Positions 46,102-55,458 of a stretch of 64,000 nucleotides of DNA are shown piece by piece; within the stretch, counting starts at the first letter, position 1; the number at the start of each line of letters is the position of its first letter. Position numbers and translations under genes: made by a program. Origin of the DNA: Candidatus Buchananbacteria bacterium (lineage in GTDB: Bacteria > Patescibacteriota > Patescibacteriia > 2-01-FULL-39-33); assembly GCA_041666505.1 (NCBI GenBank), contig JBAYGU010000001.1, positions 477-64,476 of the forward strand, given 5' to 3'. A model generated the notes under the pieces. That model ran no database searches and had not been told where the DNA came from. It saw nothing but the letters and a program-made list of their open reading frames with translations.

Positions 46102-47628
46102 TTATCTTGCATATTCAACCACTCTCTTCTCCCTAATGACATTGACTTTGATTTCGCCCGGATATTTGAGTTCGGCTTCGATCTTTTCGGCGATATCCTT
46201 GGCCATCTTGATGGCGCCCAAATCATCGATCTGATCAGGCGTGACAAAGACGCGGACTTCCCGGCCGGCGGCAATAGCATAGACTTTTTCCACGCCGGTG
46301 AAAGACAAGGCGATTTTCTCCAATTCCTCCAACCGTTGCAGATAATTCTCGTAAGAATCCTTGCGAGCGCCTTCACGAGCGCCGCTAATGGCATCTGCCA
46401 CCTTGACGATGACCGCTTCCAAAGTCGACGGCTTGTCATTATGATGCTCGAAGACGCCGACAATGACATCATCCTGCACATTGAATTTCTTACAGATGTC
46501 GCGGCCGATTTCCGGATGAGTTCCGGCAACTTCATGATCGACAGCCTTGCCAATATCATGTAGTAAGCCTGATTTCTTGGCCACAGCCACATTAGCGCCC
46601 AGTTCCTCCGCCAACATGCCGGAAAGAATCGCCACTTCAGTGGAATGATTCAAAATATTCTGGCCATAAGATGTCCTGTATTTTAAACGGCCCAAAATCT
46701 GGACTAATTTCGGATCTAATCCGGCGATACCGAGTTCATAAACAGCATTCTCACCGGCTTTCTTTATTTCGACCGCCAATTCCTGTTTGGCTTCTGCAAT
46801 AGTTTCTTCTATCCGTCCCGGATGGATGCGGCCGTCAAAAATCAATTTTTCAATCGCCCGCTTGGCCACTTGGCGCCTGATCGGAGAGAATGATGAAAGA
46901 GTTATGGCTTGAGGCGTGTCATCAATAATAATTTCTACGCCGGTCAGCTGCTCTATTGTCTTAATATTTCTGCCTTCACGGCCGATGATCCTGCCCTTCA
47001 TTTCGTCTGACGGCAAAGATACGGTCGATGACGTGGTTTCTGCGGCATGGCTCGAAGCGCAACGCTCAATGACGACAGACAAGACTTCCTTAGCTTTCTT
47101 CTCAAACTCATCGGATGCGCCCTCTTCCAATTTCTTGATGCGCTGCACCAGATTTTCCGCAATCATCTTTTCTGCGTTGTCCATCAAGATCTTTTCTGCT
47201 TCCGGCTTGGTGAAGCCGGCAATTTTTTCTAATTTCGCCAACTGATCCTCTTTGATCTTCTGGATTTCTTCTTTCGATTTGATGATCTTTTCTGCCTTGT
47301 CGGCTAAATCAGTTTTTTGATTCTCCAGATCCAACAGCTTCTGGTCGAACATTGTTTCGCGCTTTTCCAATCTAGTCTTAGCGCCTTCCATTTCCACTTT
47401 GACTTGTTTGGCTTCAACTTTGGCATCCTCAATTATCTTGATTGATTTTTCCTGCGAAGCCAAAAGCATTTCCTTCTGCTTCGCTTTAGCCTCAACGATC
47501 ATTTTTTCCACTTTCGCCTCGATGCTATCCTTCCGTTTCTGCGCCCAGGATTTGCGTACCAAATAGCCTCCGGTCATGCCGATGGCGAATGTAATGATGG
47601 CAATTACTGCCGAAATGATTATTTCCAT
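46102..47628 (-). CDS. rny: Ribonuclease Y
   Basis: N-terminal TM helix, coiled coil, KH domain (GRIIGREGRNIKT) and HD domain. Confidence 0.85.
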   Translation of the reverse strand: MEIIISAVIAIITFAIGMTGGYLVRKSWAQKRKDSIEAKVEKMIVEAKAKQKEMLLASQEKSIKIIEDAKVEAKQVKVEMEGAKTRLEKRETMFDQKLLDLENQKTDLADKAEKIIKSKEEIQKIKEDQLAKLEKIAGFTKPEAEKILMDNAEKMIAENLVQRIKKLEEGASDEFEKKAKEVLSVVIERCASSHAAETTSSTVSLPSDEMKGRIIGREGRNIKTIEQLTGVEIIIDDTPQAITLSSFSPIRRQVAKRAIEKLIFDGRIHPGRIEETIAEAKQELAVEIKKAGENAVYELGIAGLDPKLVQILGRLKYRTSYGQNILNHSTEVAILSGMLAEELGANVAVAKKSGLLHDIGKAVDHEVAGTHPEIGRDICKKFNVQDDVIVGVFEHHNDKPSTLEAVIVKVADAISGAREGARKDSYENYLQRLEELEKIALSFTGVEKVYAIAAGREVRVFVTPDQIDDLGAIKMAKDIAEKIEAELKYPGEIKVNVIREKRVVEYAR

Positions 47629-47957
47629 ATATCTCCTTCATGCTGAAAAGGAGAATTTCTGAGCGTGCTTACGCGGTGCTGTCCTGCCGTTTCAAATACG
47701 GCGATGAAATGAGAGGTTATTTACCGAATTGGCAATAAAAATACACGGCTTTAATCGCCGTTTTTAACGCTATTTAACTTTTGCTGAGACTTTCGGTAAA
47801 GAGTTTTCATGAGATTAATTCGCTAAAATTGGACAAAAAACCGCATAACGCCATGCCATCAGAAATTCCGCTGTTTCTACATTATTATTAATACTGCATT
47901 CATTATATCAATAAATACTGCAATAGTCAATTACAAAGAATCACTACATTTTGCGGG

Positions 47958-48533
47958 TTATTTAACGATTTTATCGATTACGCCGTAATCGATCGCCTCT
48001 TCGGACGACATGAAGTAATCGCGATCGGTATCTTTCTCTATCTGGGCCAAGGTCTTATTGGTATGCTTGGTCAAAATCTTATCCAACTTGCTTTTGACTT
48101 TCAGGATATGCTCGGCGCGGATCTTGATATCGGTCGCCTGTCCTTCGGCTCCGCCCATAACCTGATGGATCATAATCTCGGAATTAGGCAAGCTCAATCT
48201 TTTGCCTTTGGCGCCGCCAGCGAGAATGACCGCCGCCATGGAAGCGGCCGTACCGACGCAAATCGTCGAGACATCAGCCTTGACGTGCTGCATCGTATCG
48301 TAAATGGCCAGGCCAGCAGAGACTGAGCCGCCAGGTGAATTGATGTATAATTTAATGTCTGTCTTGCCATCTTCGCTGTCCAAAAACAACAGCTGGGCGA
48401 TGACCGTATTGGCGACAGCGTCATCGATCGGCGAGCCCAAGAAAATTATGCGATCCTTAAGCAGGCGCGAATAGATGTCATAAGCACGCTCGCCTTGCGA
48501 AGTTTTTTCTAGAACTGTCGGGATCAAGTACAT
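47958..48533 (-). CDS. clpP: ATP-dependent Clp protease proteolytic subunit
   Basis: [18 protein letters not shown] and the catalytic triad context. Confidence 0.9.
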   Translation of the reverse strand: MYLIPTVLEKTSQGERAYDIYSRLLKDRIIFLGSPIDDAVANTVIAQLLFLDSEDGKTDIKLYINSPGGSVSAGLAIYDTMQHVKADVSTICVGTAASMAAVILAGGAKGKRLSLPNSEIMIHQVMGGAEGQATDIKIRAEHILKVKSKLDKILTKHTNKTLAQIEKDTDRDYFMSSEEAIDYGVIDKIVK

Positions 48534-48536
48534 AAA

Positions 48537-48764
48537 TTATCTGTTTAATAATTCAAAATATCTCTCGCGGCTGATGCCGGCTGTGCGCAATAAATTCCTA
48601 ATTATAAAAACCGGAACCTCATCATACCTCGGAATGACCAAAGGACGAAAAGCGCCGGCCCTAATATATATAATATGATCGCCTTTTGTGCGGCTGTATA
48701 CAAAACCTTCAACCAAGAAAATATCGCAAAGCTTGATATAGCTGATGGGCGACATTTTCGGCAT
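48537..48764 (-). CDS. hicA: HicA-like mRNA interferase toxin
   Basis: YcfA/HicA pattern ...SRTKGDHIIY...RNLLRTAGIS. Confidence 0.55.
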   Translation of the reverse strand: MPKMSPISYIKLCDIFLVEGFVYSRTKGDHIIYIRAGAFRPLVIPRYDEVPVFIIRNLLRTAGISRERYFELLNR

Positions 48765-48767
48765 AAA

Positions 48768-49094
48768 TTAAATGGCCAGCTTCATTTTTTCGTAAGCAAT
48801 GATTTCCGGCGCCTGCCAAAAACGGTCAAAAATGAATCCTGACTCCTTTAAAATACTGTCCAAGGTGCCGAGTTTTTCCGCCTCTTCAAAAAATAATTCT
48901 ATTGCCTCGGTCAAATTATTCCTGGCTGATTCGACAGTAACGCCGCAAGATGAAATATCCAATTGCGGCGCGTAAGCGACAAATTTATCGCCCTCCTGCC
49001 AAATTTCACTATTAAATTGTATATTAGTGTTTGCCATAATTATTGGTTCATTAATTACAATATAATCTTTTCCCGCTATTATGTCAAATGACAA
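48768..49094 (-). CDS. hicB: HicB-like antitoxin
   Basis: UPF0150/HicB pattern AYAPQLDISSCGVTVESARNNLTEAIELFFE. Lies directly upstream of hicA. Confidence 0.5.
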   Translation of the reverse strand: MSFDIIAGKDYIVINEPIIMANTNIQFNSEIWQEGDKFVAYAPQLDISSCGVTVESARNNLTEAIELFFEEAEKLGTLDSILKESGFIFDRFWQAPEIIAYEKMKLAI

Positions 49095-50037
49095 TCAGTT
49101 CCCCATCCTTTTCAACCACCTGCCAATTGACGGTAAAGCCTGAGGCTTTTTTGTGGCCGCCGCCGCCGAATTGCGAGCAAAAAGCCAACAAGTCGATATC
49201 TTCCCGCTTGGTGCGCCAGCTGGCCTTGACCCGGTTCGGGCTGATGCGGAAAAGCGCCGTCGCGTTGACATCGACTATGGCATTTAGGAAATTCGCCAAA
49301 CCGTCGAGCTCGTCTTCCTTGACCCGGTGATTCTTAAAATCATCATCGAAGATATAAGTATAAGCGATATTCAATTCCTTATTGAATTTTATCCGCGACA
49401 GGATTTCTCCCCACAGCCGCAAGCCCTCAATCGTCTTATTCCTGACGACATAATTGAAGATCTGATGTATCTTGATGCCGACTTTTATCAGCTCGGATGC
49501 AATCTTGATCGTTTCGCTTTTAGTCGTATTATGGATGAAGCCGGAAGTGTCACCCAAGATGCCGGCCAGAAGATTGGTCGCCACGCGCTTATCGATCGGA
49601 TAACCGATAGCCAGAAAATAATTATAAGCGATCTCGCAAGTCGAGCTGGCCTTGGCATCAATCAAATTCACTAAACCATAAGAGTTATTGGAAATATGAT
49701 GATCAATATTTAAAATTGCCTTTCCCTTGAATAGCTCCTCATCCAAGCGGGTATTGCTGATCGAGCCGCAGTCGAGAAAAAAATACAAATCCCAACGTTC
49801 GTCAAAAACGCTCTTATCGCAAGTTACTTCATCAATGCCTGGCATGAAATGCAGGTACGACGGTGCTATATCAGCTGTATAGACTTTTACCTCTTTGCCT
49901 AGTGATTTTAAGTAAATATAAAAGCTCAAATTGGCGCCCAAAGTATCCTCATCCGGCCGTTGATGGCCGATGAGCAGAATCCTTTGCGAGCGCAATAGCA
50001 ACTGATCAATTTGTCGATAAATATCTGTCATAAACAA
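49084..50037 (-). CDS. nrnA: DHH-family phosphoesterase (NrnA-like nanoRNase / pAp phosphatase)
   Basis: LLIGHQRPDEDTLG and NIDHHISN motifs. Confidence 0.7.
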   Translation of the reverse strand: MFMTDIYRQIDQLLLRSQRILLIGHQRPDEDTLGANLSFYIYLKSLGKEVKVYTADIAPSYLHFMPGIDEVTCDKSVFDERWDLYFFLDCGSISNTRLDEELFKGKAILNIDHHISNNSYGLVNLIDAKASSTCEIAYNYFLAIGYPIDKRVATNLLAGILGDTSGFIHNTTKSETIKIASELIKVGIKIHQIFNYVVRNKTIEGLRLWGEILSRIKFNKELNIAYTYIFDDDFKNHRVKEDELDGLANFLNAIVDVNATALFRISPNRVKASWRTKREDIDLLAFCSQFGGGGHKKASGFTVNWQVVEKDGELIVI

Positions 50038-50110
50038 TTCATCAGCTTAACTTATTATCGGTATTCTGTCAAACTAATAATTATGATATAATTTACTTAT
50101 TAGATATTTT

Positions 50111-50224
50111 CCCTCCCCTTTTTTCAAAGGGGAGGCTAGGAGGGGTTTTGTTGGAATTAATTAAACCCCCTTTCGATGCTCCTTATGGTCGCATCCGAAT
50201 CCCCCTTTGAAAAAGGTGGAGAAT
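50111..50224. repeat. Two tandem partial RPE-like units in the intergenic region upstream of the PGI/PMI gene
   Basis: CCTCCCCTTTTTTCAAAGGGGAGGCTAGGAGGGGTTTT (50111-50149), followed by AAACCCCC...CCCCCTTTGAAAAAGGTGGAGAATAAT (50164-50224). Confidence 0.6.
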
Positions 50225-50247
50225 AATGCAACTCAATAATTAAATCT

Positions 50248-51315
50248 ATGAACCTAGATAACATACAGGCCATAAGGAAGCTGGACAAGGAAAATGTCGC
50301 AGCCTCGATCAATAATCTGCCCAAGCAATTGATGGCCTCATGGGAAACGGCGAAGAAAATAAAAATACCGCCAACATTCGGCAAGGCGGAGAATATTATT
50401 TTCTGCGGCATGGGCGGATCCAATTTGGCATCCGAACTATTAAAACGAGTCTATGGCGCAAAAATCAAAGTGCCGATGGTGCTCGTCCGCAGCTATAATC
50501 TGCCAGCCTTCGCCGGAAAAAATTCACTCATAATCATCGACAGTTATTCCGGCAATACCGAAGAAACCGTAAATTGCCTTAACCAAGCAATCAAATTAAA
50601 AGCAAAAATTATTTGCATTTCCAGTGGAGGCAAGATCGAGCAGTTGGCCAAGCGCAATAAATTAGTTCACTTTAAGCTCAACCCGGCATACAACCCATCA
50701 GGACAGCCACGCTATGATGTCGGCTCGCAATTAGGTACGACGCTCGTGATTTTCAACAAATTAAAATTCATTTCCATTTCCGACAAAGAAATTTCTGATG
50801 TTTCTGCCAAATTGATCGAATTGGGAATAAATATCTCGCCATCGGCAAAACTGAGATTAAATTTTACCAAGCAGATGGCGCAAAGACTCATTGGCAATAG
50901 CATATATATTGTCTCCAGCGAATACCTATCCGCCAACGCCCATATCCTCTCCAATCAAATCAATGAAAGTGCCAAGCAACTCGCCAGCCCCTACAAGATT
51001 CCCGAATTGAATCATCATTTTTTAGAGGCACTTACGTATCCGAAAAAAATCATCCGTGATACAGCTTTTATATTCTTAGTCTCAATGGATTTCAATGAGC
51101 GGATTATGAAACGTTTTATTACTACAAAGAGAATACTAGATCAGAAGGGCATCGCCAATTACACTATTACCGCCAAGACGCAAGGAGCCTTGAATCAATC
51201 CTTGGAAATACTGGCCATCGGCAGTTGGGTCAGCTTTTACCTTGCCATGGCCAACGGTGTTGACCCGGCAGAGATACCATGGGTCGATTACTTCAAGCAG
51301 GAACTGGAAAAATAA
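50248..51315 (+). CDS. Bifunctional phosphoglucose/phosphomannose isomerase (SIS domain)
   Basis: Two SIS domains; CGMGGSNLASEL and the C-terminal PGI/PMI-type domain. Confidence 0.75.
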   Translation: MNLDNIQAIRKLDKENVAASINNLPKQLMASWETAKKIKIPPTFGKAENIIFCGMGGSNLASELLKRVYGAKIKVPMVLVRSYNLPAFAGKNSLIIIDSYSGNTEETVNCLNQAIKLKAKIICISSGGKIEQLAKRNKLVHFKLNPAYNPSGQPRYDVGSQLGTTLVIFNKLKFISISDKEISDVSAKLIELGINISPSAKLRLNFTKQMAQRLIGNSIYIVSSEYLSANAHILSNQINESAKQLASPYKIPELNHHFLEALTYPKKIIRDTAFIFLVSMDFNERIMKRFITTKRILDQKGIANYTITAKTQGALNQSLEILAIGSWVSFYLAMANGVDPAEIPWVDYFKQELEK

Positions 51316-51322
51316 ACTGAAT

Positions 51323-51354
51323 AAAAAAAGAGGCGTCGAATCGGCGCCTCTTTT
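51323..51354. terminator. Bidirectional terminator between convergent units
   Basis: GAGGCGtcgaatcggCGCCTC flanked by A7 and T4. Confidence 0.6.
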
Positions 51355-51368
51355 ATAAAATGCAAATA

Positions 51369-51776
51369 CTAGCCCTTCAAAACATTATTAGTCAAATTAT
51401 CCATAACGAAGGCAGTGATAGCATAAGCAGCAAAAATAATAATGATACCAATAATAGCCTGCTGGATCATTTTTTTCGCTTTTTCTACTTTCTTGCCTTC
51501 TCCGCCATCAGTCATCCAAAGGAACCCAGCCCAAATAATGTAAAGTACCAAAAGCACGCCTAAAAATCCGATTAATATTGATACTAAACTTCCAATCCAT
51601 AAAACCAAATCCTGACTAGTTCCGGTACCAGAAAGCTGCGCATTAGTGTTAAAAGCATTCAAATTAGCCAGCCAACCATCATTGGCGCCAAAAGCCACCA
51701 ACGGCATGCCCATCAGCACGCTCAATCCGGCAAACGATGTCAAATACTTGCCGTATTTTTTTAATGTTTTCTTCAT
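51369..51776 (-). CDS. VirB2/TrbC-like small membrane protein, paralog 1
   Basis: Sec signal peptide followed by two TM helices with a conserved LW.GF.WMT..GE..KVEKAKKMI core. Tandem with four paralogs. Confidence 0.5.
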   Translation of the reverse strand: MKKTLKKYGKYLTSFAGLSVLMGMPLVAFGANDGWLANLNAFNTNAQLSGTGTSQDLVLWIGSLVSILIGFLGVLLVLYIIWAGFLWMTDGGEGKKVEKAKKMIQQAIIGIIIIFAAYAITAFVMDNLTNNVLKG

Positions 51777-51807
51777 AGTTTTTTTTATTTTAGTTATTAT
51801 ATTTTTA

Positions 51808-52248
51808 TTAATATGGATATACCTGCCCCGGCCCTCCCGGAAATAAAGGATCTAATATTGGCTGACCAGATTGGTTTGTCGTCTTGCTTAAACTGCTCAT
51901 CACGAATTGCGTAATACCATAAGCGGCGAAAACTATTATCAATCCGATCACCGCATTTTTTATCATGTCTTTGGCAGTCTGCACTTTTTTAGCATCATCC
52001 GCGGATAAAAATCCCCACATTATGCCGGCATAAATCAGCACCAGCACCAAGGCGACGCCTAAAAGAGATAAGACAACCCCGACTATAGAGCCGATAAACT
52101 TGACTATGTCGGAATTTTTCTTCAAGTCTGATCCGGCAGCGACATCCAAATTACTATACAAGCCGCCAGCCAGCGCGAACTGCGCGCCAAAAACCAAAAA
52201 AATGACAACAAATGAGATGATTGAATTTCTTATGTATTTATGATTCAT
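51808..52248 (-). CDS. VirB2/TrbC-like small membrane protein, paralog 2
   Basis: Same architecture as paralog 1 (IYAGIMWGFLSADDAKKVQTAKDMI). Confidence 0.5.
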   Translation of the reverse strand: MNHKYIRNSIISFVVIFLVFGAQFALAGGLYSNLDVAAGSDLKKNSDIVKFIGSIVGVVLSLLGVALVLVLIYAGIMWGFLSADDAKKVQTAKDMIKNAVIGLIIVFAAYGITQFVMSSLSKTTNQSGQPILDPLFPGGPGQVYPY

Positions 52249-52307
52249 AACGTAATTCTTATTCCAAGGGGCTCGATAAATCGAAGCCCCTATGGAATAA
52301 AATATTA

Positions 52308-52694
52308 TTAAGCGCCGATAGTGGTGCCTGTAATGGTTTGCAATTGAGAGAAAACAAAACTGGCGATAGCGTAAGAAGCAAAAATAATTATCAAGCCGAT
52401 AATGCCTGAGTAAATCATTTTCTTGGCCTTGTCTACCTTATCCGGCTCGCCGACTGCAGTCATCCAAATGAAGCCTCCCCAAAGGATGATAAGGACTGCG
52501 ATAACGCCCAAGAATCCAAGGATAACCTGGATTATGCCTTTGATCAAATCACTTAAGGTAGTGGTGCCCAGTCCCAAATCAGTCATCTGTGGAATATCTC
52601 CGGCAGCTCCGGCGATAGTCGGCAAGGCTAATAGCCCCAGCACGCCCAGAGTCATGGCTCCGGCAAACATTTTTTTCGTTGTAATTTTTTTCAT
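52308..52694 (-). CDS. VirB2/TrbC-like small membrane protein, paralog 3
   Basis: ILWGGFIWMTAVGEPDKVDKAKKMI core; AxA signal cleavage site. Confidence 0.5.
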   Translation of the reverse strand: MKKITTKKMFAGAMTLGVLGLLALPTIAGAAGDIPQMTDLGLGTTTLSDLIKGIIQVILGFLGVIAVLIILWGGFIWMTAVGEPDKVDKAKKMIYSGIIGLIIIFASYAIASFVFSQLQTITGTTIGA

Positions 52695-52839
52695 GTTTTC
52701 ACCCCCTTTCTCTGTCCAGTGCCCGCCGACCGCCGGTCGCCAATGGCGGAAGCGAGTACGGATAGCAGAGGAAATTGAGACGGCAATTCGGCCATCCCTT
52801 AATATATGAATTAATTATACAGTAAATTGAGCGACATTC

Positions 52840-53190
52840 CTAGCCAGGCGCTTGCAAGACATTCCTTAAGAAGAAAGTGATTACAGCGTAGGCAGTGAAT
52901 ATTATGAATAAGCCCAAAACCGCGTATTTCATCATCTCTTTGCCTTTGTCCACATTCTTCGGATTGACACCCGCCAGCAGATACAGCAATCCGCCATATA
53001 TGAATGCTATGAGAGCGAGAACGCCGGAAATTCCTAATGCCGCTTGAATGAATCTATTGGCTAGAAGCGGAATTGGATTACCAGATTCCAAGCCCAAGGG
53101 ATCGCCTATTTGAACGGCCGCTGCTGCAATTGAGGGCAGGATCAATGAGCCTAAAGCTAATATGGAAAATATTATTTTTTTCATAAACAT
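52840..53190 (-). CDS. VirB2/TrbC-like small membrane protein, paralog 4
   Basis: IYGGLLYLLAGVNPKNVDKGKEMM core. Confidence 0.5.
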   Translation of the reverse strand: MFMKKIIFSILALGSLILPSIAAAAVQIGDPLGLESGNPIPLLANRFIQAALGISGVLALIAFIYGGLLYLLAGVNPKNVDKGKEMMKYAVLGLFIIFTAYAVITFFLRNVLQAPG

Positions 53191-53211
53191 TACAATTTTT
53201 AATTAAGCAAA

Positions 53212-54003
53212 TTAATCAGTATATTCGCAAGAACAATTAAAGTAACCCGGCTGACTCGGAGAAGTAACCGCATTGAATGACCTTGAAACAGTATTAAGTC
53301 TTGTACATACAGCCAAACAAGAAACTTGTGCTTTTTCATCTCCATTAGCTCTTAACGAATCAGTCTTATAAAATGTAGTAACCGCTTGAATTTGTCCATC
53401 AGGCCTAACCGTTCCTGCTGGAACCTCAGATGACCCTGTTGAACCAGTAGCCGCCGCACTCGGAGCCTGAGTATCATATCCTTGGCAAACGCCCCAGCCG
53501 GCTGAACCGCTCACATTCCCGGTTATTTTCGATAACATATTCATTTTATCCGTGCCGCCGATGAGTGTCAGGATAACAAAATTCATAATGGAATAGCCAC
53601 CGAAAATAAAAGCCAAACCAATTATAACCGCCTTTAAAGTTCCTTTGGCTTTTTCCAGATTGGCGGGATTAAATGATACAGTCAAATACATTAAACCGGC
53701 ATAAACGAACATCAAGATAGCCACTGCGCCACTAACAGCCACAATCATATTGGACGCGTTAACGAATACTTGGATGAAATCGCACAAGCCGCATGGCCCG
53801 GAAGCAACAAATGCCGTAGCAGCCTGAGGACCATTCTGTCCCTGAATCGTAGTCGGAGTCTGAGCGCCGCCAGTCGCGCATTTTACATTCGCCAAAATCG
53901 AATTGGACATATCAATTGCCGCCCAAGCCGGAGTCGCAAAAAAAATTGCGGCGATAAGCGCCATGGCGATACTAATTGACTTGATTGGCTTAGAAATAAT
54001 CAC
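53212..54003 (-). CDS. Enlarged VirB2/TrbC-like paralog with Cys-rich extracellular N- and C-terminal extensions
   Basis: Central VYAGLMYLTVSFNPANLEKAKGTLK core. Flanked by CATGG...GPCGLCDF and CQGYD...CLAVC...NCSCEYTD regions. Confidence 0.45.
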   Translation of the reverse strand: MIISKPIKSISIAMALIAAIFFATPAWAAIDMSNSILANVKCATGGAQTPTTIQGQNGPQAATAFVASGPCGLCDFIQVFVNASNMIVAVSGAVAILMFVYAGLMYLTVSFNPANLEKAKGTLKAVIIGLAFIFGGYSIMNFVILTLIGGTDKMNMLSKITGNVSGSAGWGVCQGYDTQAPSAAATGSTGSSEVPAGTVRPDGQIQAVTTFYKTDSLRANGDEKAQVSCLAVCTRLNTVSRSFNAVTSPSQPGYFNCSCEYTD

Positions 54004-54017
54004 AAGGGATAGATAAA

Positions 54018-55421
54018 TTAATTAGATGGAGAAACAATCGTCTGAGCGATTTTCTGAGTCACAATCTGAATTACATCATTAATGCCCTGCGGATCAACTA
54101 CTAATAGGAATCTTTCGGCCATTTCCTTGAAAGCCTGTTCGGCGGCGAGAGCGTCCATGCCATAATACCAAGTCTTGGCAGTCAATGTCTGAGTCGAAGC
54201 TGCATGAAGATCTTCATTTTCCTGCTGCCCGGTTATCAGAGCCTTCTGGGCTGTCGGAGCATTAGTCACCGCCAGATACTTGGTGATTTCTTCCGGCTGA
54301 TTCAAGAAAAGCAGGAAGTTCCAAGCCTCATTCGTATATTTAGATTTTTTGGAAACTGATTCCAGCCAATAATTGGCATAATTGACGGTCGGATTACCCG
54401 GAATCTGCGGGATCGGCGCAATGCCGAAATTCACGCGCGAACTGGCGCGAATCTGGGCTAAGTGATAATTATAGCCGAAAAAGAATCCGACCTTGCCCGC
54501 CATGAAGGCCTGCAAAGAATTGGGCATGGTATTGTTCCAGGAGTAGACGCTTTTTACCGGTGAGGCGAAATCGGCATAGAACTGCAAAGCAGTCTGTCCA
54601 GGATTTACCCGTTTGCCGTCTTTCGTAATGCCAGAGAAGAAGGTGGGCATGTTCCTGACATCGCTCATGATGGCGCCGCTTTGCATCATTAAGACCGAGA
54701 TTATATCGAAGCTTCTTTCTACATTGAATCCCGTTCCCAAGGCGGTTCCGGATTGGATGATATTATTCTCGAACTCGAATTTAGTCGCCTTAATGACTGC
54801 TTCTTGAAAGGCGCTCCATGTTGTCGGAATCTGCGTGATGCCGGACTGGTTAGTTATATCCTTGTTATAGAACATGACCAAGCTATCAAGCGACAGCGGC
54901 AAACCGTAAACTTGATCGCCGATTACGGCATCATTGTAAATGGTATCCGCATATTTATCCTTTATCTGCCTTAAGGTGGGCGCCGTTTCATTCCTGATTT
55001 CTATGACTTTTTCCTTATTCAAATTGAAGAAACTTCCCTTCTCGATGATATAGCCCATCTTGATCTGAGCCGGCATAGGCTGGATCTTTGCCTGGTATTT
55101 CCTTAGCCAGCTTTCCGGTATGGAAAAAATATCCGGCCCGCGATCTTCGGCCAAAGCGTTGATAAGCTCCGTCTCATATTCCTCATAGCGGAACTTGCGG
55201 TAATTTATGGTGATATTCGGGTGTACTGTTTGATAATCCTTGATGACCTGATCGAACGCATCCTGATCATCCCAGACGCGCCAATAATTAAGCGTAATCG
55301 GCTTGACCGCCGCCTGCTGTTCCGCCGTCGTCAGCTTGCAGCCGAAGCCGGACACAGTCAAAAAAACTGCCGCCAGAAAGAGGTAGAGAATTTTATTTAA
55401 TGTCTTCTTCGTCATTGGCAT
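54018..55421 (-). CDS. Extracellular solute-binding protein (ABC-type, family 1), lipoprotein-like
   Basis: SBP_bac_1-like profile with a signal/lipobox-like LTVSGFGC. Start is taken at the MPMTKK Met rather than the track's longer N-terminus. Confidence 0.65.
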   Translation of the reverse strand: MPMTKKTLNKILYLFLAAVFLTVSGFGCKLTTAEQQAAVKPITLNYWRVWDDQDAFDQVIKDYQTVHPNITINYRKFRYEEYETELINALAEDRGPDIFSIPESWLRKYQAKIQPMPAQIKMGYIIEKGSFFNLNKEKVIEIRNETAPTLRQIKDKYADTIYNDAVIGDQVYGLPLSLDSLVMFYNKDITNQSGITQIPTTWSAFQEAVIKATKFEFENNIIQSGTALGTGFNVERSFDIISVLMMQSGAIMSDVRNMPTFFSGITKDGKRVNPGQTALQFYADFASPVKSVYSWNNTMPNSLQAFMAGKVGFFFGYNYHLAQIRASSRVNFGIAPIPQIPGNPTVNYANYWLESVSKKSKYTNEAWNFLLFLNQPEEITKYLAVTNAPTAQKALITGQQENEDLHAASTQTLTAKTWYYGMDALAAEQAFKEMAERFLLVVDPQGINDVIQIVTQKIAQTIVSPSN

Positions 55422-55458
55422 AATTTGCAATCTCAATATACATTTATTATAACACATT

